A stretch of DNA of 64,000 bases from Alphaproteobacteria bacterium (lineage in GTDB: Bacteria; Pseudomonadota; Alphaproteobacteria; UBA828): assembly GCA_963422645.2 (NCBI GenBank), contig CAXXVO010000007.1, positions 480,001 to 544,000 on the forward strand, in the 5' to 3' direction. Within the stretch, counting starts at the first letter, position 1, and each line of letters opens with the position of its first letter. A model generated the notes under the pieces. It made no database searches. It saw only the letters and a list, made by a program, of their open reading frames with translations, and was not told the DNA's origin. The translations under genes and the position numbers were made by a program. Of this stretch, positions 49,403-59,723 are shown in pieces.

Positions 49403-49959
49403 GTCATGGGATGGGGTGGGTTGCTTTGGTTCCTGATTAAGCGTGATATTACTGGTAGTTGTGGATTGGTGCAAGAGGATTGTGGTGGTGGTGGGCTGAT
49501 GTAAGAGAGGGGAGTCTTGGAGGGGTGAGTTGCATTCTGGGAAGTAAATACGTATGTCTGAGTAGATGGATCTGTCTGAGTGGAGGGCATGCGGTGGATT
49601 TGCGTTTGGATAGAAGCGATAAGGCGCTGAGCTGGAGAGACGTATCGGGATGGGGATGGGTTATTTGCATTATAAGGGGTGGTGCAGGTGATTTTGACAA
49701 GAATGCGGGTCCGGTGAGCTGCGTCAGGCTTGGCTGCAAGGTTCTCGGGGCGCAATCATGAGCCGCAGGCCGGCGGAGCGCCGCACCCAGCACGCGGTCA
49801 TGGCGACGGTGAGCGCGCGCGGTCTTTCAGCGGGGATCGGGGCCTGATCCGCTCGGATTTGTTGAGGTTTTGGGGCGGGTGCCCCTCGGCGAACTTGCAA
49901 GAAGTTCGCCGGGGGGCTTTGTCTCGTGGTGACGGTCACAATCGCCAGAGACGGCCCCA

Positions 49960-50577
49960 ATGTCGCACAACATTTTCCGCCACTCCATGCTTTGCAACGC
50001 CCTGGTCTGGGCCTGGCTGCGCGAGGTCGATGAGGCCGAGGCGGCGCGCTGCCGCGAGGCGGGCTGCCGACACTGCCCCGGCAAGCTGCACAGCGCGACG
50101 TATCCGCGCAAGCCGTACGGTCTGGCAGCCGAGTTGAGGGAAGAGGGCACGCGGCGGTTCAGCTTCTGCTGCGCGGATTGCCGCCTGCGAGCGACCCCAC
50201 CATCGGTACGATTCTTCGGGCGCCGCTTTTATCTGGGCGCCCTGTTCGTTCTGTTGAGTGCACTGGTTCTGAGAGGCGGGGTGCGGTTGCAGACGATCAA
50301 GCGGAAGTGGGGGGTCTCGGTCGCCACACTGCGCCGCTGGCGGAAGTGGTGGCTGGAGGCGTTCCCGGCGACGGAGCCCTGGGGAGCGAAGCGTGGCGAA
50401 CTGGTGATGCCACCCGAGGAGGTGCCGCTGCTCTTCGTGCTGCGGCAGATGCGGGGCGGACGCTTCGGTGAGCGTCTGTTCCTGAGCCTGATCTGGTTCA
50501 AGCCGTGGACGGGCTATTGCGGGCTCGGCGATGGCTCGGCGCCGCCCGCAGAAAGTGTTCCTGTCACGCCCGGATAG
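49960..50577 (+). CDS. Cys-rich, HTH-containing accessory protein upstream of an IS481-like transposase
   Basis: CREAGCRHC..LH...YPRKP, FSFCCADC, TPPSVRFFGRR, GVSVATLRRWRKWW. Confidence 0.65.
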   Translation: MSHNIFRHSMLCNALVWAWLREVDEAEAARCREAGCRHCPGKLHSATYPRKPYGLAAELREEGTRRFSFCCADCRLRATPPSVRFFGRRFYLGALFVLLSALVLRGGVRLQTIKRKWGVSVATLRRWRKWWLEAFPATEPWGAKRGELVMPPEEVPLLFVLRQMRGGRFGERLFLSLIWFKPWTGYCGLGDGSAPPAESVPVTPG

Positions 50578-50626
50578 GGCGTTCTACATGGGCATCTCTC
50601 CGATGCGGCGAGGGAGGGATGCCGGA

Positions 50627-51440
50627 ATGGACAAGGACGACGCAGGCGCCAGGCGCGAGAAGTGGGCCCGGCTGCGCTTTGCGGTGGTGGGGCCGCTTCT
50701 GGCTTCACCGCCGCCTGCAGGCCAGCTGGGGGCCGAGTTCGAGCGTCTGTCGCAGCGCGACTGGGAGCACCCGTCGGGCAAGGGGCCGGTGCGCTTTGCG
50801 GCCTCGACGATCGAGCGCTGGTACTACCGGGCGCGGGCAGAGGAGCAGGACCCGGTCAAGGCGCTGCGCCGGAAGCCTCGGACCGACGTCGGCCGCGAGC
50901 GGTCCATGTCGGCGGGGCTGATCGCGGCGCTGCGCGAGCAGTACCGGGTCCATCCCTCGTGGGCGGCGCAGCTCCACTACGAGACCCTCAAGGCTCATGT
51001 TGCGACCCATCCCGAGCTCGGCCCGATGCCGTCCTACGCGACGCTGACGCGGGCGATGCGCAATCGCGGCCTGGTGCGCGAGCGCCCCAGGAAGTGGCAC
51101 GAGGGTGAGGACAAGCCGGCGGTCGAAGCCCGCGAGGTCCTTAGCTACGAGGTGTCTCGCAGTCACGCGCTGTGGCACGGGGACTTCCACCACGGCAAGC
51201 GCCGCGTGCTGACGGCGTCGGGCGAATGGCAGACGCCCATCCTGCTCGGCTTCCTCGACGACCACTCCAGGCTTGGCTGCCACCTGCAGTGGTACCTGGA
51301 GGAGACCGCCGAGGTCTTCGTCCACGGGCTCTGTCAGGCCTTCATGAAGAGGGACTTGCCCAGGTCCCTGCTGACCGACAACGGCGGGCCGATGACGGCG
51401 GGCGAGGTCGAGGAGGGCTTGCACCGCCTCGGCATCGTGG
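50627..51440 (+). pseudogene. IS481-like DDE transposase, truncated before the third catalytic residue
   Basis: WARLRFAVVGPLL, STIERWYY, LWHGDFHHG, LDDHSR, LTDNG; joined at 51441 to a foreign IS end. Confidence 0.8.
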
Positions 51441-51550
51441 GGGCGCGACACCCAGCGAAAAACCGCCTGAAACAACCGAAATGTATCAGAATTCAAGGAG
51501 TTCCCGGCACGCTGCCCAGAACAGCCAGCATCACGAGGTCAGGAAGTCTG
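51441..51550 (-). mobile_element. Isolated 110-bp left end of the element at 37865
   Basis: Reverse complement of 37865-37974, including the TIR. Confidence 0.9.
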
Positions 51551-51841
51551 AGATTACAGTGCCAGTCGGCGTCGAGCCCGCTTGCCGAACAACAGCGTGA
51601 CGCCCATCGCGGGACTCGAGGCCTGAATGCGGCCCGATCGTACCGGGCTCCCACGCCACTTCGCCTTGTGGGACTCCATTCATTCTGCTAAATTCCACAT
51701 CATGGCAGTGAACTGTCATCAATTGATGTTGTTCGCAACGCAACTTCTACCGAACTGTCGATCCGAAAAACAGGCAGACTAAGATAAGAACAACCACACT
51801 GCGTTGCTCGCTTAACGACAAGAATTTCGGGGAGGCTAGCA

Positions 51842-52990
51842 ATGAACATTGGGAAAAGGAAGAATGTACTGGTCGCCGGTCTGTTGGCGGTTTCCGCAAC
51901 AATGCTTGCGTTTTCTTCGGATAGTGGAGCTGAAGAATCGAGCTTGACGCCAGAACTCAGGGCTGAACTTCAGGCGTTGATAGACAGCTACCGGGGCGAG
52001 CCGGAGTTCGAGGCACCGGGAGATCCGATCGACATCAAGGCCGCTCTCGGCGGCAAGTTGATCTATGGAATCTCGGTGACGAGTGCCAATCCCTTTACCG
52101 AGGGTATTTACTCCAGCATCCGCGAACTCGAACCGATCATCGGCTTCGAGTTCAAGGACTGGCAGAATCAGGGATCGCTGGCCGAGCACCAGCGGGGGAT
52201 CAGCCAGGCCATCACCGATGGTGCTGCGATCATCGATCTTACCGGGGGCTCGGACCCGCGGCTCTTGGGTCCTCAACTTGCGGAAGCTCGCGAAGCGGGA
52301 ATCAAGGTGATGGATTCTCACGCGTCCGGCCTGACCCAGGGTATCTCGGCCAATGTCGACGCGACAGTGGGAGCGCCCTACGAAGTGTGTGGCCTCCTGC
52401 AAGCGGCATATACCGCGTTGCACTCCGAGGGCAATGCGCATGTGCTGATCATCAAGTCCGACGAGATCACGGGATCGCCGGTTCAGACCAAGGCTATCGT
52501 GGACGGGCTGGATAAGTACTGCCCGAACTGCAAGGTCTCGATTGCGAACGCGACCGTGGCGCAATGGGCGACGACAGTGCCTGCCGCGGTGCGGGGCGCG
52601 ATGTTGGCCGACCCGGAGCTGAACTACATCCTGCCGCTCTACGATCCGGAAACGCCCTACATCGTTCCGGTCCTCAGGCAATTGGCGGATCCCGGTACGG
52701 TTCACGTCGTCACCTATGCGGGGACGCCGTCGGTTCTCGATGAGATTGCCAAAGGCGACTACGTCCTGATGGATGTGGGCGAGAGCAACAAGCACATCGG
52801 ACTGTCACTCATTGACCTGGCCGCGCGACTCATGCTCGGTGAAGAAAGGCCCTCGGTCGATAGGAAGATACCGATGCGCATTTGGGATTCTTCGAACGTG
52901 GCCGAAGGCGGTACTCCCGCAGCGTACGGCGTTGGCTATGGGGATAAGGTCAGGCAAGGGTTCTTCAAGCTGTGGGGCCTCGAAGAATAA
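51842..52990 (+). CDS. Rbs-type ABC substrate-binding protein
   Basis: Signal peptide, periplasmic binding protein type 1 features (ANPF, YCPNC), GGGGAGG RBS. Confidence 0.8.
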   Translation: MNIGKRKNVLVAGLLAVSATMLAFSSDSGAEESSLTPELRAELQALIDSYRGEPEFEAPGDPIDIKAALGGKLIYGISVTSANPFTEGIYSSIRELEPIIGFEFKDWQNQGSLAEHQRGISQAITDGAAIIDLTGGSDPRLLGPQLAEAREAGIKVMDSHASGLTQGISANVDATVGAPYEVCGLLQAAYTALHSEGNAHVLIIKSDEITGSPVQTKAIVDGLDKYCPNCKVSIANATVAQWATTVPAAVRGAMLADPELNYILPLYDPETPYIVPVLRQLADPGTVHVVTYAGTPSVLDEIAKGDYVLMDVGESNKHIGLSLIDLAARLMLGEERPSVDRKIPMRIWDSSNVAEGGTPAAYGVGYGDKVRQGFFKLWGLEE

Positions 52991-53032
52991 GCCCTAAGGC
53001 TTTGGTAAGGCGACCGATCGAGAATATCGGTC

Positions 53033-54610
53033 GTGGCTGTGGCTTCTGAAGTAGCGCTGGGGATCGAGAGTCTATCCAAGACGTTCGGAACAAACACCGT
53101 TCTCCGTGACGTTGGATTGGACCTCATCCCCGGCCAAATTCACGGTTTGCTCGGCGCGAACGGGTCGGGGAAGTCGACCCTCATAAGAATTCTATCCGGC
53201 TATCACGAGCCAGATCCCGGGGCGTCTGCCACGCTGTGGGGCTCGTCGCTCACCTTTCCCCTCAAACCGGGAGAGGCGCGCGGCCTTGGTTTGAGCTTCG
53301 TTCATCAGGACAAGGCCCTCATCCCGGAAATATCGATCCTGGAAAATCTCTTCGTGTCCGAAATCGCGTCGGGAAGGCGGAAGCAGTCGCGGAAGCAAAT
53401 GGCCCGCGCGACCAAGGAGATTCTGCAGCGATACGCGATCAACAATCGACCTGAGGATCCGGTGGCCACCCTGAGCCTGGGCGATCGCGCGCTGATCGCG
53501 ATAGCCAGGGCCATCAGGGAAGTATCGGGGCCGGACTCCGATGACCGCCGCGTATTGATTCTGGATGAGCCGACGGCGGCCATGAGTCTCGACGAGAAGC
53601 GCGATCTCTACCGAACCTTCGCCTCGCTTGCCGAGGCCGGACACGCGCTGATGCTCGTCTCCCATGACCTGGACGAGATCATGGAAGTGACCAGCGTCGC
53701 GACGGTCCTGCGCGATGGCGAGGCTGTCGGCACGGTCGAGACGGCGTCGACGGAGCCGTCCGAGATCGTGAGAATGATTGTGGGGCACAGTCTCGACAAG
53801 TCCGGGCCAAGAGCGGCCCGCTCGGTTGTAGAACCCCGCCTGATCGTCGCAAGTCTGAGCGCGTCCGGATTGGATGACGTTTCCTTCGAGGCGAGGGCTG
53901 GCGAGATCATCGGAGTCGCCGGGCTCGTCGGCTCCGGCTACGCCGACGTCAACGAAACCCTGTTCGGGCTGAAGGAAGACGCGTCGGGGGAGATCACTGT
54001 CGAAGGGCAACGCGCCGATCTCAAGCGTCACAAGCCCGACAGCGCGGTCAGGATGGGAATGGGCCTCGTTCCTCTCGAGCGGGACAAGGCCGGTATAGCG
54101 CTCGAACTCTCGGTAACCGACAATCTTACGGTCCAGCTTCTCAAGCCTCGCGCACGCGTAAATCCGTGGATCTCGCGACCCAAGCTCGGGGCGGCTGCCC
54201 GGGACACGGTTGCGCGATACGGGATCATAACGCCGGCCATGAACGCCCTGCTCAAGACGCTGAGCGGCGGAAACCGGCAGAAAGTCCTGGTCGCCAAGTG
54301 GCTCGCAGCGGGAAAGCGCGTTCTCTTGCTGGACGAGCCGACGCAGGCGGTGGACATCGCGGCGCATGAGGACATCCTGGACCTGCTCGACGCGTTCGCG
54401 AGCGACGGCGGCACTGTCCTCATCGCAAGCTCGGACTGGGAACAATTGGCCGAGATTTGCAACAGGGTTCTCGTCTTCGGCGGCGGCACCATACGGGCGG
54501 AGTTGAGCGGAGAAGGCGTGAACAAACGCTCCATCGGAGAGGCCTGCTACGAATGGGGATCTCGGGTGGCTTCAATGAACCGTCCGGTCCAAGCGGGCCT
54601 TTCGGCATGA
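53033..54610 (+). CDS. Rbs-type ABC ATP-binding protein (two NBDs)
   Basis: GANGSGKST, ILDEPT, VSHDL, LSGGNRQKV. Confidence 0.92.
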   Translation: MAVASEVALGIESLSKTFGTNTVLRDVGLDLIPGQIHGLLGANGSGKSTLIRILSGYHEPDPGASATLWGSSLTFPLKPGEARGLGLSFVHQDKALIPEISILENLFVSEIASGRRKQSRKQMARATKEILQRYAINNRPEDPVATLSLGDRALIAIARAIREVSGPDSDDRRVLILDEPTAAMSLDEKRDLYRTFASLAEAGHALMLVSHDLDEIMEVTSVATVLRDGEAVGTVETASTEPSEIVRMIVGHSLDKSGPRAARSVVEPRLIVASLSASGLDDVSFEARAGEIIGVAGLVGSGYADVNETLFGLKEDASGEITVEGQRADLKRHKPDSAVRMGMGLVPLERDKAGIALELSVTDNLTVQLLKPRARVNPWISRPKLGAAARDTVARYGIITPAMNALLKTLSGGNRQKVLVAKWLAAGKRVLLLDEPTQAVDIAAHEDILDLLDAFASDGGTVLIASSDWEQLAEICNRVLVFGGGTIRAELSGEGVNKRSIGEACYEWGSRVASMNRPVQAGLSA

Positions 54611-54644
54611 CCATGCCGATGCCCTCACGCGCAATGGTGCGACC

Positions 54645-55673
54645 GTGGAGGTAGCTCGGCTCGACTACGGCCAACTCTTGCGGCGGCTCTCGGTGCCGCT
54701 CTGTTTTTTAGCCATCATCATATTTTTCGGCGTCATGGCCCCCAACGCGTTTCTCGTTCCGAGGACGCTAACATCCATTCTGGCCTCCGCCGCGCCGATC
54801 GTCGTCCTCACCATCGCTACGGTGGTCACCCTTAGAGGCGGCGATTACGACCTGTCGGTAGCCGCCGCCATGACTCTGTCGAGCAATATCGTCGGTGTTC
54901 TCAACATAAAGTACGGCATGGACATCGGGCCGGCGATCGGGATTGCCATTGCAATGGCGGTCGCCGTGGGGCTGGTCAACGCTTTCTTCTGCATCTTGGT
55001 GGGTATCGACAGTTTCATTATGACATTGGGCATGGGAACAATCTTGGCCGGAATTGTACTATGGATTGGTAATTCGAACTCCTATACAGGCCTCTCCGAC
55101 TGGTTGGTGGTCCTGATAACCAATCGCGACATTGGTGGTCTGCCATTTAGCTTCTACATTGCGGTCGCAGTCTCGCTACTTGTCTGGCTCGTCTTTGAAT
55201 TCACGCCGGTGGGGCGTCAACACCTGTTTGTGGGTAAATCGAGAGAAGTCTCGAAGCTCAATGGTATCGCGGTCGGTCGGGTTCGGACGCTGTCTTTCGT
55301 GTCCTGCAGCGTTCTAGCCGCCGTTGCGGGCATCATGTATGCGGGCGCGGCTGGCGGCGTCGACCCTACGTCGGCGCTCACCATGCTTCTTCCCGCCTTC
55401 GCTGCGGCATTTCTCGGATCCACCACGATCATGCCGGGTCAGTTCAATCCCTGGGGTGCCTTCCTGTCCGTGTATTTTCTCGTCACCGGCATAACGGGGT
55501 TGGCCATCCTCGGATTGCCGACGTTCGTGCAAAGCTTCTTCTACGGCGGGGCACTCATCATCGCCGTGTCGCTTGCTCAATTGAGCAGAACCGGCGGCGG
55601 CAATTTGAGGCGGCGCATGCTGCGTGTCCGGCGCAGTCGCGGAGACGAGCCGACCGCCTCTTCTGGAGAATAG
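54645..55673 (+). CDS. Rbs-type ABC permease
   Basis: GDYDLSV, FIMTLG, AAAFLGST. Confidence 0.88.
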   Translation: MEVARLDYGQLLRRLSVPLCFLAIIIFFGVMAPNAFLVPRTLTSILASAAPIVVLTIATVVTLRGGDYDLSVAAAMTLSSNIVGVLNIKYGMDIGPAIGIAIAMAVAVGLVNAFFCILVGIDSFIMTLGMGTILAGIVLWIGNSNSYTGLSDWLVVLITNRDIGGLPFSFYIAVAVSLLVWLVFEFTPVGRQHLFVGKSREVSKLNGIAVGRVRTLSFVSCSVLAAVAGIMYAGAAGGVDPTSALTMLLPAFAAAFLGSTTIMPGQFNPWGAFLSVYFLVTGITGLAILGLPTFVQSFFYGGALIIAVSLAQLSRTGGGNLRRRMLRVRRSRGDEPTASSGE

Positions 55674-55712
55674 CCAGTTGAGAGTCGGCCTTCGACAAGA
55701 GGAATCGCAGCA

Positions 55713-57062
55713 ATGGCAATAGGCAACTCCGTCAAGGAGACTGAGCGCTATCTCGACGTGATCGAGCGCTTCAACCCCGAACTCAATGCGGTGCTGACCG
55801 TAACGCCGGAGATGGCGCTCGACATGGCGCACCAGGCCGACCGGGCCGCTGAGGACGGGGAGTGGCTGGGCCTGCTGCACGGCGTGCCAATGCTGGTGAA
55901 GGACTGCCTCAACGTTGCGGGCACCCGGACGACGTTCGGCTCGGGGATGTATCGCGACAACATCGCCAATGCTGATTCCGAAGTCGTCCGGCGGATCCGA
56001 GGGTCGGGCCCAGTCTTTCTCGGCAAGACGAACCTGCCAGAATTCTGCTACGGCGCGACCACCCACAACGTTCACTACGGCAATTGCGTGAACCCCTGGG
56101 ACACAACCCGCGTGCCCGGAGGCTCGAGCGGAGGCACCGCAGCGGCACTGGCGTCGGGCATGTGCCGGATCGCATTCGGGTCTGATACCGGCGGCTCGGT
56201 CCGGGGGCCATCGTCTCTTTGCGGCATCTCGGGCATCCGCCCGACCGTGGGCCGCATCCCCAACACCAATGCCCTGGCGCTCACGATCCACGCCGACACG
56301 ATCGGCATGATGGCGCGGACGGTGGCGGACGTGGCCAGGGGCTTTGCTGCGGTCGCTGGCTACGATCCGGACGATTCATTGAGCGAAGACGTGCCTGTCC
56401 TCAATTTTTTGCCGACCCTCAGGGACGGCATAGAGAACACGAGAGTCGGTATCCCGACCTCATTCTTCTTCGAGAATTGCGAGCCGGACGTTGTCGCGCG
56501 CGTCATGGAGGCCGCAAAGGTTATCGAAGCCTGCGGTGCCACCCTGGTCGACATCGACATCGAAGGCGCTGAAGAGGCGCGGGTGGCCACCGGCCCCACT
56601 ATGCTCGCGATGGACATGGCGGACATGCATCGCGACGGCCTGCAGAACCATCCGGAAGAGTACGGTGATGAGGTCTTGAGGCGCCTTCGCGCCGGCGAGC
56701 CATTCAAGGGAACGGACTACGCGCACGCGCTGAGAATTCTGATCCGGTGGAAGCACCAGTTCAAACGGGTTTTCCAGGATGTCGACATGCTGCTGACGCC
56801 GACCACGCCGATGGTTGCGCCGAAGTGGACGGACGCAGAGGACCTGCAGAGGGCGACCCATTCCATCCTGCGCAATTGCGTTGGCCTCGGCTACGCGGGC
56901 CTGCCCGGTCTCAACGTTCCTGTCGGCCTGGACTCGCAGGGCATGCCGGTCGGCATGCAGCTCGTGGCAAAGTGGTTCGACGAGCCGCTGCTGTTCCGCG
57001 CCGGCGTCGCCTACCAGGAGCGCACCGAGTTTCACAAGCTGAGACCGAAGCTCTCGGCATAA
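55713..57062 (+). CDS. Amidase-signature family enzyme
   Basis: LHGVPMLVKD, GKTNLPEF, PGGSSGG, GSDTGGSVR (Lys-Ser-Ser triad). Confidence 0.93.
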   Translation: MAIGNSVKETERYLDVIERFNPELNAVLTVTPEMALDMAHQADRAAEDGEWLGLLHGVPMLVKDCLNVAGTRTTFGSGMYRDNIANADSEVVRRIRGSGPVFLGKTNLPEFCYGATTHNVHYGNCVNPWDTTRVPGGSSGGTAAALASGMCRIAFGSDTGGSVRGPSSLCGISGIRPTVGRIPNTNALALTIHADTIGMMARTVADVARGFAAVAGYDPDDSLSEDVPVLNFLPTLRDGIENTRVGIPTSFFFENCEPDVVARVMEAAKVIEACGATLVDIDIEGAEEARVATGPTMLAMDMADMHRDGLQNHPEEYGDEVLRRLRAGEPFKGTDYAHALRILIRWKHQFKRVFQDVDMLLTPTTPMVAPKWTDAEDLQRATHSILRNCVGLGYAGLPGLNVPVGLDSQGMPVGMQLVAKWFDEPLLFRAGVAYQERTEFHKLRPKLSA

Positions 57063-57120
57063 ACTGCCAGGGCGGGAATCGTCAGCTCAGCACCCGGTTG
57101 TCTTGCTCTGGCCGTCTCGT

Positions 57121-58047
57121 TCAGAGTCCGACCTCTCCGCCCACCGTCTTGTTCGACCCGAACGGCACTCTCTTGCGGAAGTCCGCCGCCATCTCGGCGT
57201 GGGTCACCATCCTGACACCGCGATGCCGCAAAATATGGTCGATGAGCCGCTCCAGCGCCAACATGAGGTGCGGCTTGGCTGCAGCATCCGGGTGTAGCGC
57301 CAACGGGTAAATGGCGTAGTCGTGGTTGCGGTAAATCCAGTCGAAGTAGTCGATCCAAATCTGACCGAGTTGTTGACCCGTGATCCAACCGTGACTGTTG
57401 GGTGCGGTCTTGACGAACATCGTGGGCGGCGCGTCGTCCAAGTGCCAACTGAGAGGAATTTCGACGATGTCGACTTCTTCCCCCGCTATCCAAGGCTTCA
57501 TCCAATCAGCAGCATTCTTGGTATAGTCGATTTTTGTCCAGCTGTCTCCCGTCCGCAGATAGTAAGGGAAACAGTCTTCTTCCATCATGCTGAACTCGTG
57601 CGAAAAGCCGCGTTCTAGCAACAAATCTACAGTAATATTAGTGAATTCTGCCCACGGTGTCGCATACCCTTTGGGGTCCTTACCGGTCAAACCTCGACAA
57701 AGTTCGATACTCTTGTCGAGAACATCCCTCTCTTGCTCGGGGCTCATCGCGAGCGGGTTCTCGTGAGAATAGCCGTGCACGCCTATTTCGTGGCCGTCTT
57801 TTGCGATCATCTCGGCGGCTCTTGGAAAACTCTCTATCGAGTGCCCCGTGATATGCCACGTCGTCGTGATCCCGTAGCGCCTGAAGAACTCCAGCAGGCG
57901 TGGGACGCCGCGCTTTGCGGCAAAAACACCACGCGAAATATCACAGGGTGAGTCTGCGCCGCCAAACGAGCCGAGCCAAAGGGATACGGCATCGAAGTGA
58001 GGATTAAAACAAACCTGTATATCCTTATCCTTAAATTCCGTCGTCAT
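57121..58047 (-). CDS. Polysaccharide deacetylase family hydrolase (PuuE/HpPgdA-like)
   Basis: HFDAVSLWLGSFGG.DSPCDISRG, GVPRLL, HEIGVHGYSHE, WHLDD, ALHP; GAGGAGG RBS. Confidence 0.88.
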   Translation of the reverse strand: MTTEFKDKDIQVCFNPHFDAVSLWLGSFGGADSPCDISRGVFAAKRGVPRLLEFFRRYGITTTWHITGHSIESFPRAAEMIAKDGHEIGVHGYSHENPLAMSPEQERDVLDKSIELCRGLTGKDPKGYATPWAEFTNITVDLLLERGFSHEFSMMEEDCFPYYLRTGDSWTKIDYTKNAADWMKPWIAGEEVDIVEIPLSWHLDDAPPTMFVKTAPNSHGWITGQQLGQIWIDYFDWIYRNHDYAIYPLALHPDAAAKPHLMLALERLIDHILRHRGVRMVTHAEMAADFRKRVPFGSNKTVGGEVGL

Positions 58048-58464
58048 CGCATCCTCCTCAGCATTGATAACTTTCTTCAACGGCAACTCTAACGACGTAG
58101 GTGTAACCCGGCAAGGCTCAAGTCCAAACGCGCCGCTTGTGGCTGTTGGAACGCGCGATTTCGGAGGGCTCAGGGGCAGACTTAACCGTATCGGCCAACC
58201 GGCGATCGGCGAGGGGAATGTGGGGCTTCGCGCTGGCCGTGAGGGATGTCGGACGAGCCTTTCCGCCCACTGGTGACGTCGTCGTTCTGCCGGCGGCACC
58301 CACCTCCACTCATGGATGTACATCGTGAACGAGCGAGGCGCCCAGGGCCTGCGCTTGTTCGAGGAAACGCCGCTGCCTATGATTGCGGTGCCGGGACTGG
58401 ATGCGCGTTTGGCAACGGTCAACGACAAGAATGCGCGCGGGTCCGGCGGAACAAAGGGGAGGCT

Positions 58465-59592
58465 ATGGAAATGAGAAGATACTTGCGCAATGCGGCGCTT
58501 GGGGCTGCGGCACTGGCGTTTCTCGCGGGCGGCTTGGCGCCGGTGGGGTCCGCCACTGCGGATGAGAAGGTCAAGGTTTATGTGAGCCTGGGTTTCGAGG
58601 GCAACACCTGGATGGATGCGTCCACCAACCTGCTGAGCTCGATAGCAGGGACCATGGACTACAAGGACCGGGTGGATATCGAAATCCAGTCCGCGCGCGG
58701 CAATGCGCAGACCCAGATCCAGCAGATCAACGCGATGGTGCAGGCGGGTGCGCAAGTCATCGTCGCGTGGGCAATCTCGCCGACGGCGCTCAACCGCGCG
58801 ATCCGTAACGCGTGCCGGCGGGACGTGATCTTCATCACCTTCGACGCCCAGGTCACCGAGCCTTGCGCCCATCACGTCGGCATCAATCAGGATTGGGCCG
58901 GCGCGGGGCCGGCCGAATGGCTGGCAGAGGAGCTTGGCGGCAAGGGCAACATCGTCTTCATGGGTGGCATCCCCGGCAACATGGTCGACCTGCGGCGGAA
59001 TTCCGCGGCCAAGGCGGTGTTCGCCGATTTCACCGACATCACGATCATCGCCGACACGCCGAGCATGTGGAACAACGCCACAGCGAAGCAGAAGCTCACC
59101 GAGATCGTGGCGACCCACGGTTGGGACAAGATCGACGGGCTGTGGACCCAGACGGGCTGCTACGTCTTCACCCAGATGCAGGTGGACGAGGGCCGGGGCG
59201 ATCAGCTCAAGCCCTGCGCGGGCAACGGCACCAACGGTCACCGCGTGGCCCAGCTCGCGCCGGGAACGACCGAGGGCGCCTACGGGCTGCGCAGCGCCTC
59301 CATGGGCTCGCCGCCCTGGGCCGCGCCCTTTGCCTTCAAGCTCGCGATGGCGAAGTTCGACGGCGCCGTGATTCCGCGCGTCCACGAGATCCCGATGCCC
59401 CTGGTCACGCCGGGGCAGACGGAGCTCTGCGACACGGCGGACAAGGCCGAGCTCACCGCCAAGGAGTGGTCCTGCAATGCGGTGCCGCTCTCCGTCGCGC
59501 CCTCCAACTACTTCATCGACGTGTGGCATTCCGAAGTGCCCGAGCTGGACGTCTATTCCGCGCTCGAGGGCATGGTGCCCGACGGTAGCTGA
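58465..59592 (+). CDS. Rbs-type ABC substrate-binding protein
   Basis: Signal peptide; QIQQINAMVQAGA, FITFD, ELGGKGNIVFMGGIPG. Confidence 0.85.
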   Translation: MEMRRYLRNAALGAAALAFLAGGLAPVGSATADEKVKVYVSLGFEGNTWMDASTNLLSSIAGTMDYKDRVDIEIQSARGNAQTQIQQINAMVQAGAQVIVAWAISPTALNRAIRNACRRDVIFITFDAQVTEPCAHHVGINQDWAGAGPAEWLAEELGGKGNIVFMGGIPGNMVDLRRNSAAKAVFADFTDITIIADTPSMWNNATAKQKLTEIVATHGWDKIDGLWTQTGCYVFTQMQVDEGRGDQLKPCAGNGTNGHRVAQLAPGTTEGAYGLRSASMGSPPWAAPFAFKLAMAKFDGAVIPRVHEIPMPLVTPGQTELCDTADKAELTAKEWSCNAVPLSVAPSNYFIDVWHSEVPELDVYSALEGMVPDGS

Positions 59593-59723
59593 TCCCCACG
59601 GGCGAGCAACGGCTCTGAGTCGGGCCGGTCCCGGCAGGATCGGAGGCGTAAGGGGCGCGGCGCTGGCCGCTGCGCCCCCTTCTCCCGGCATGACCGGCCG
59701 GCGGCGGCGCGCAGAAGCCGGCC

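Noticed and set aside
37865-51550. Large composite bounded by two inverted copies of the CAGACTTCCTGACCTC end
   Set aside because: The flanks differ (AAGCT versus AGATT), and the 37865 element has its own right end and duplication.
57121-59691. 856-aa ORF as a novel fusion protein
   Set aside because: The N-terminal part is the antisense shadow of the binding-protein gene; the real gene starts at 58047 after a strong RBS.
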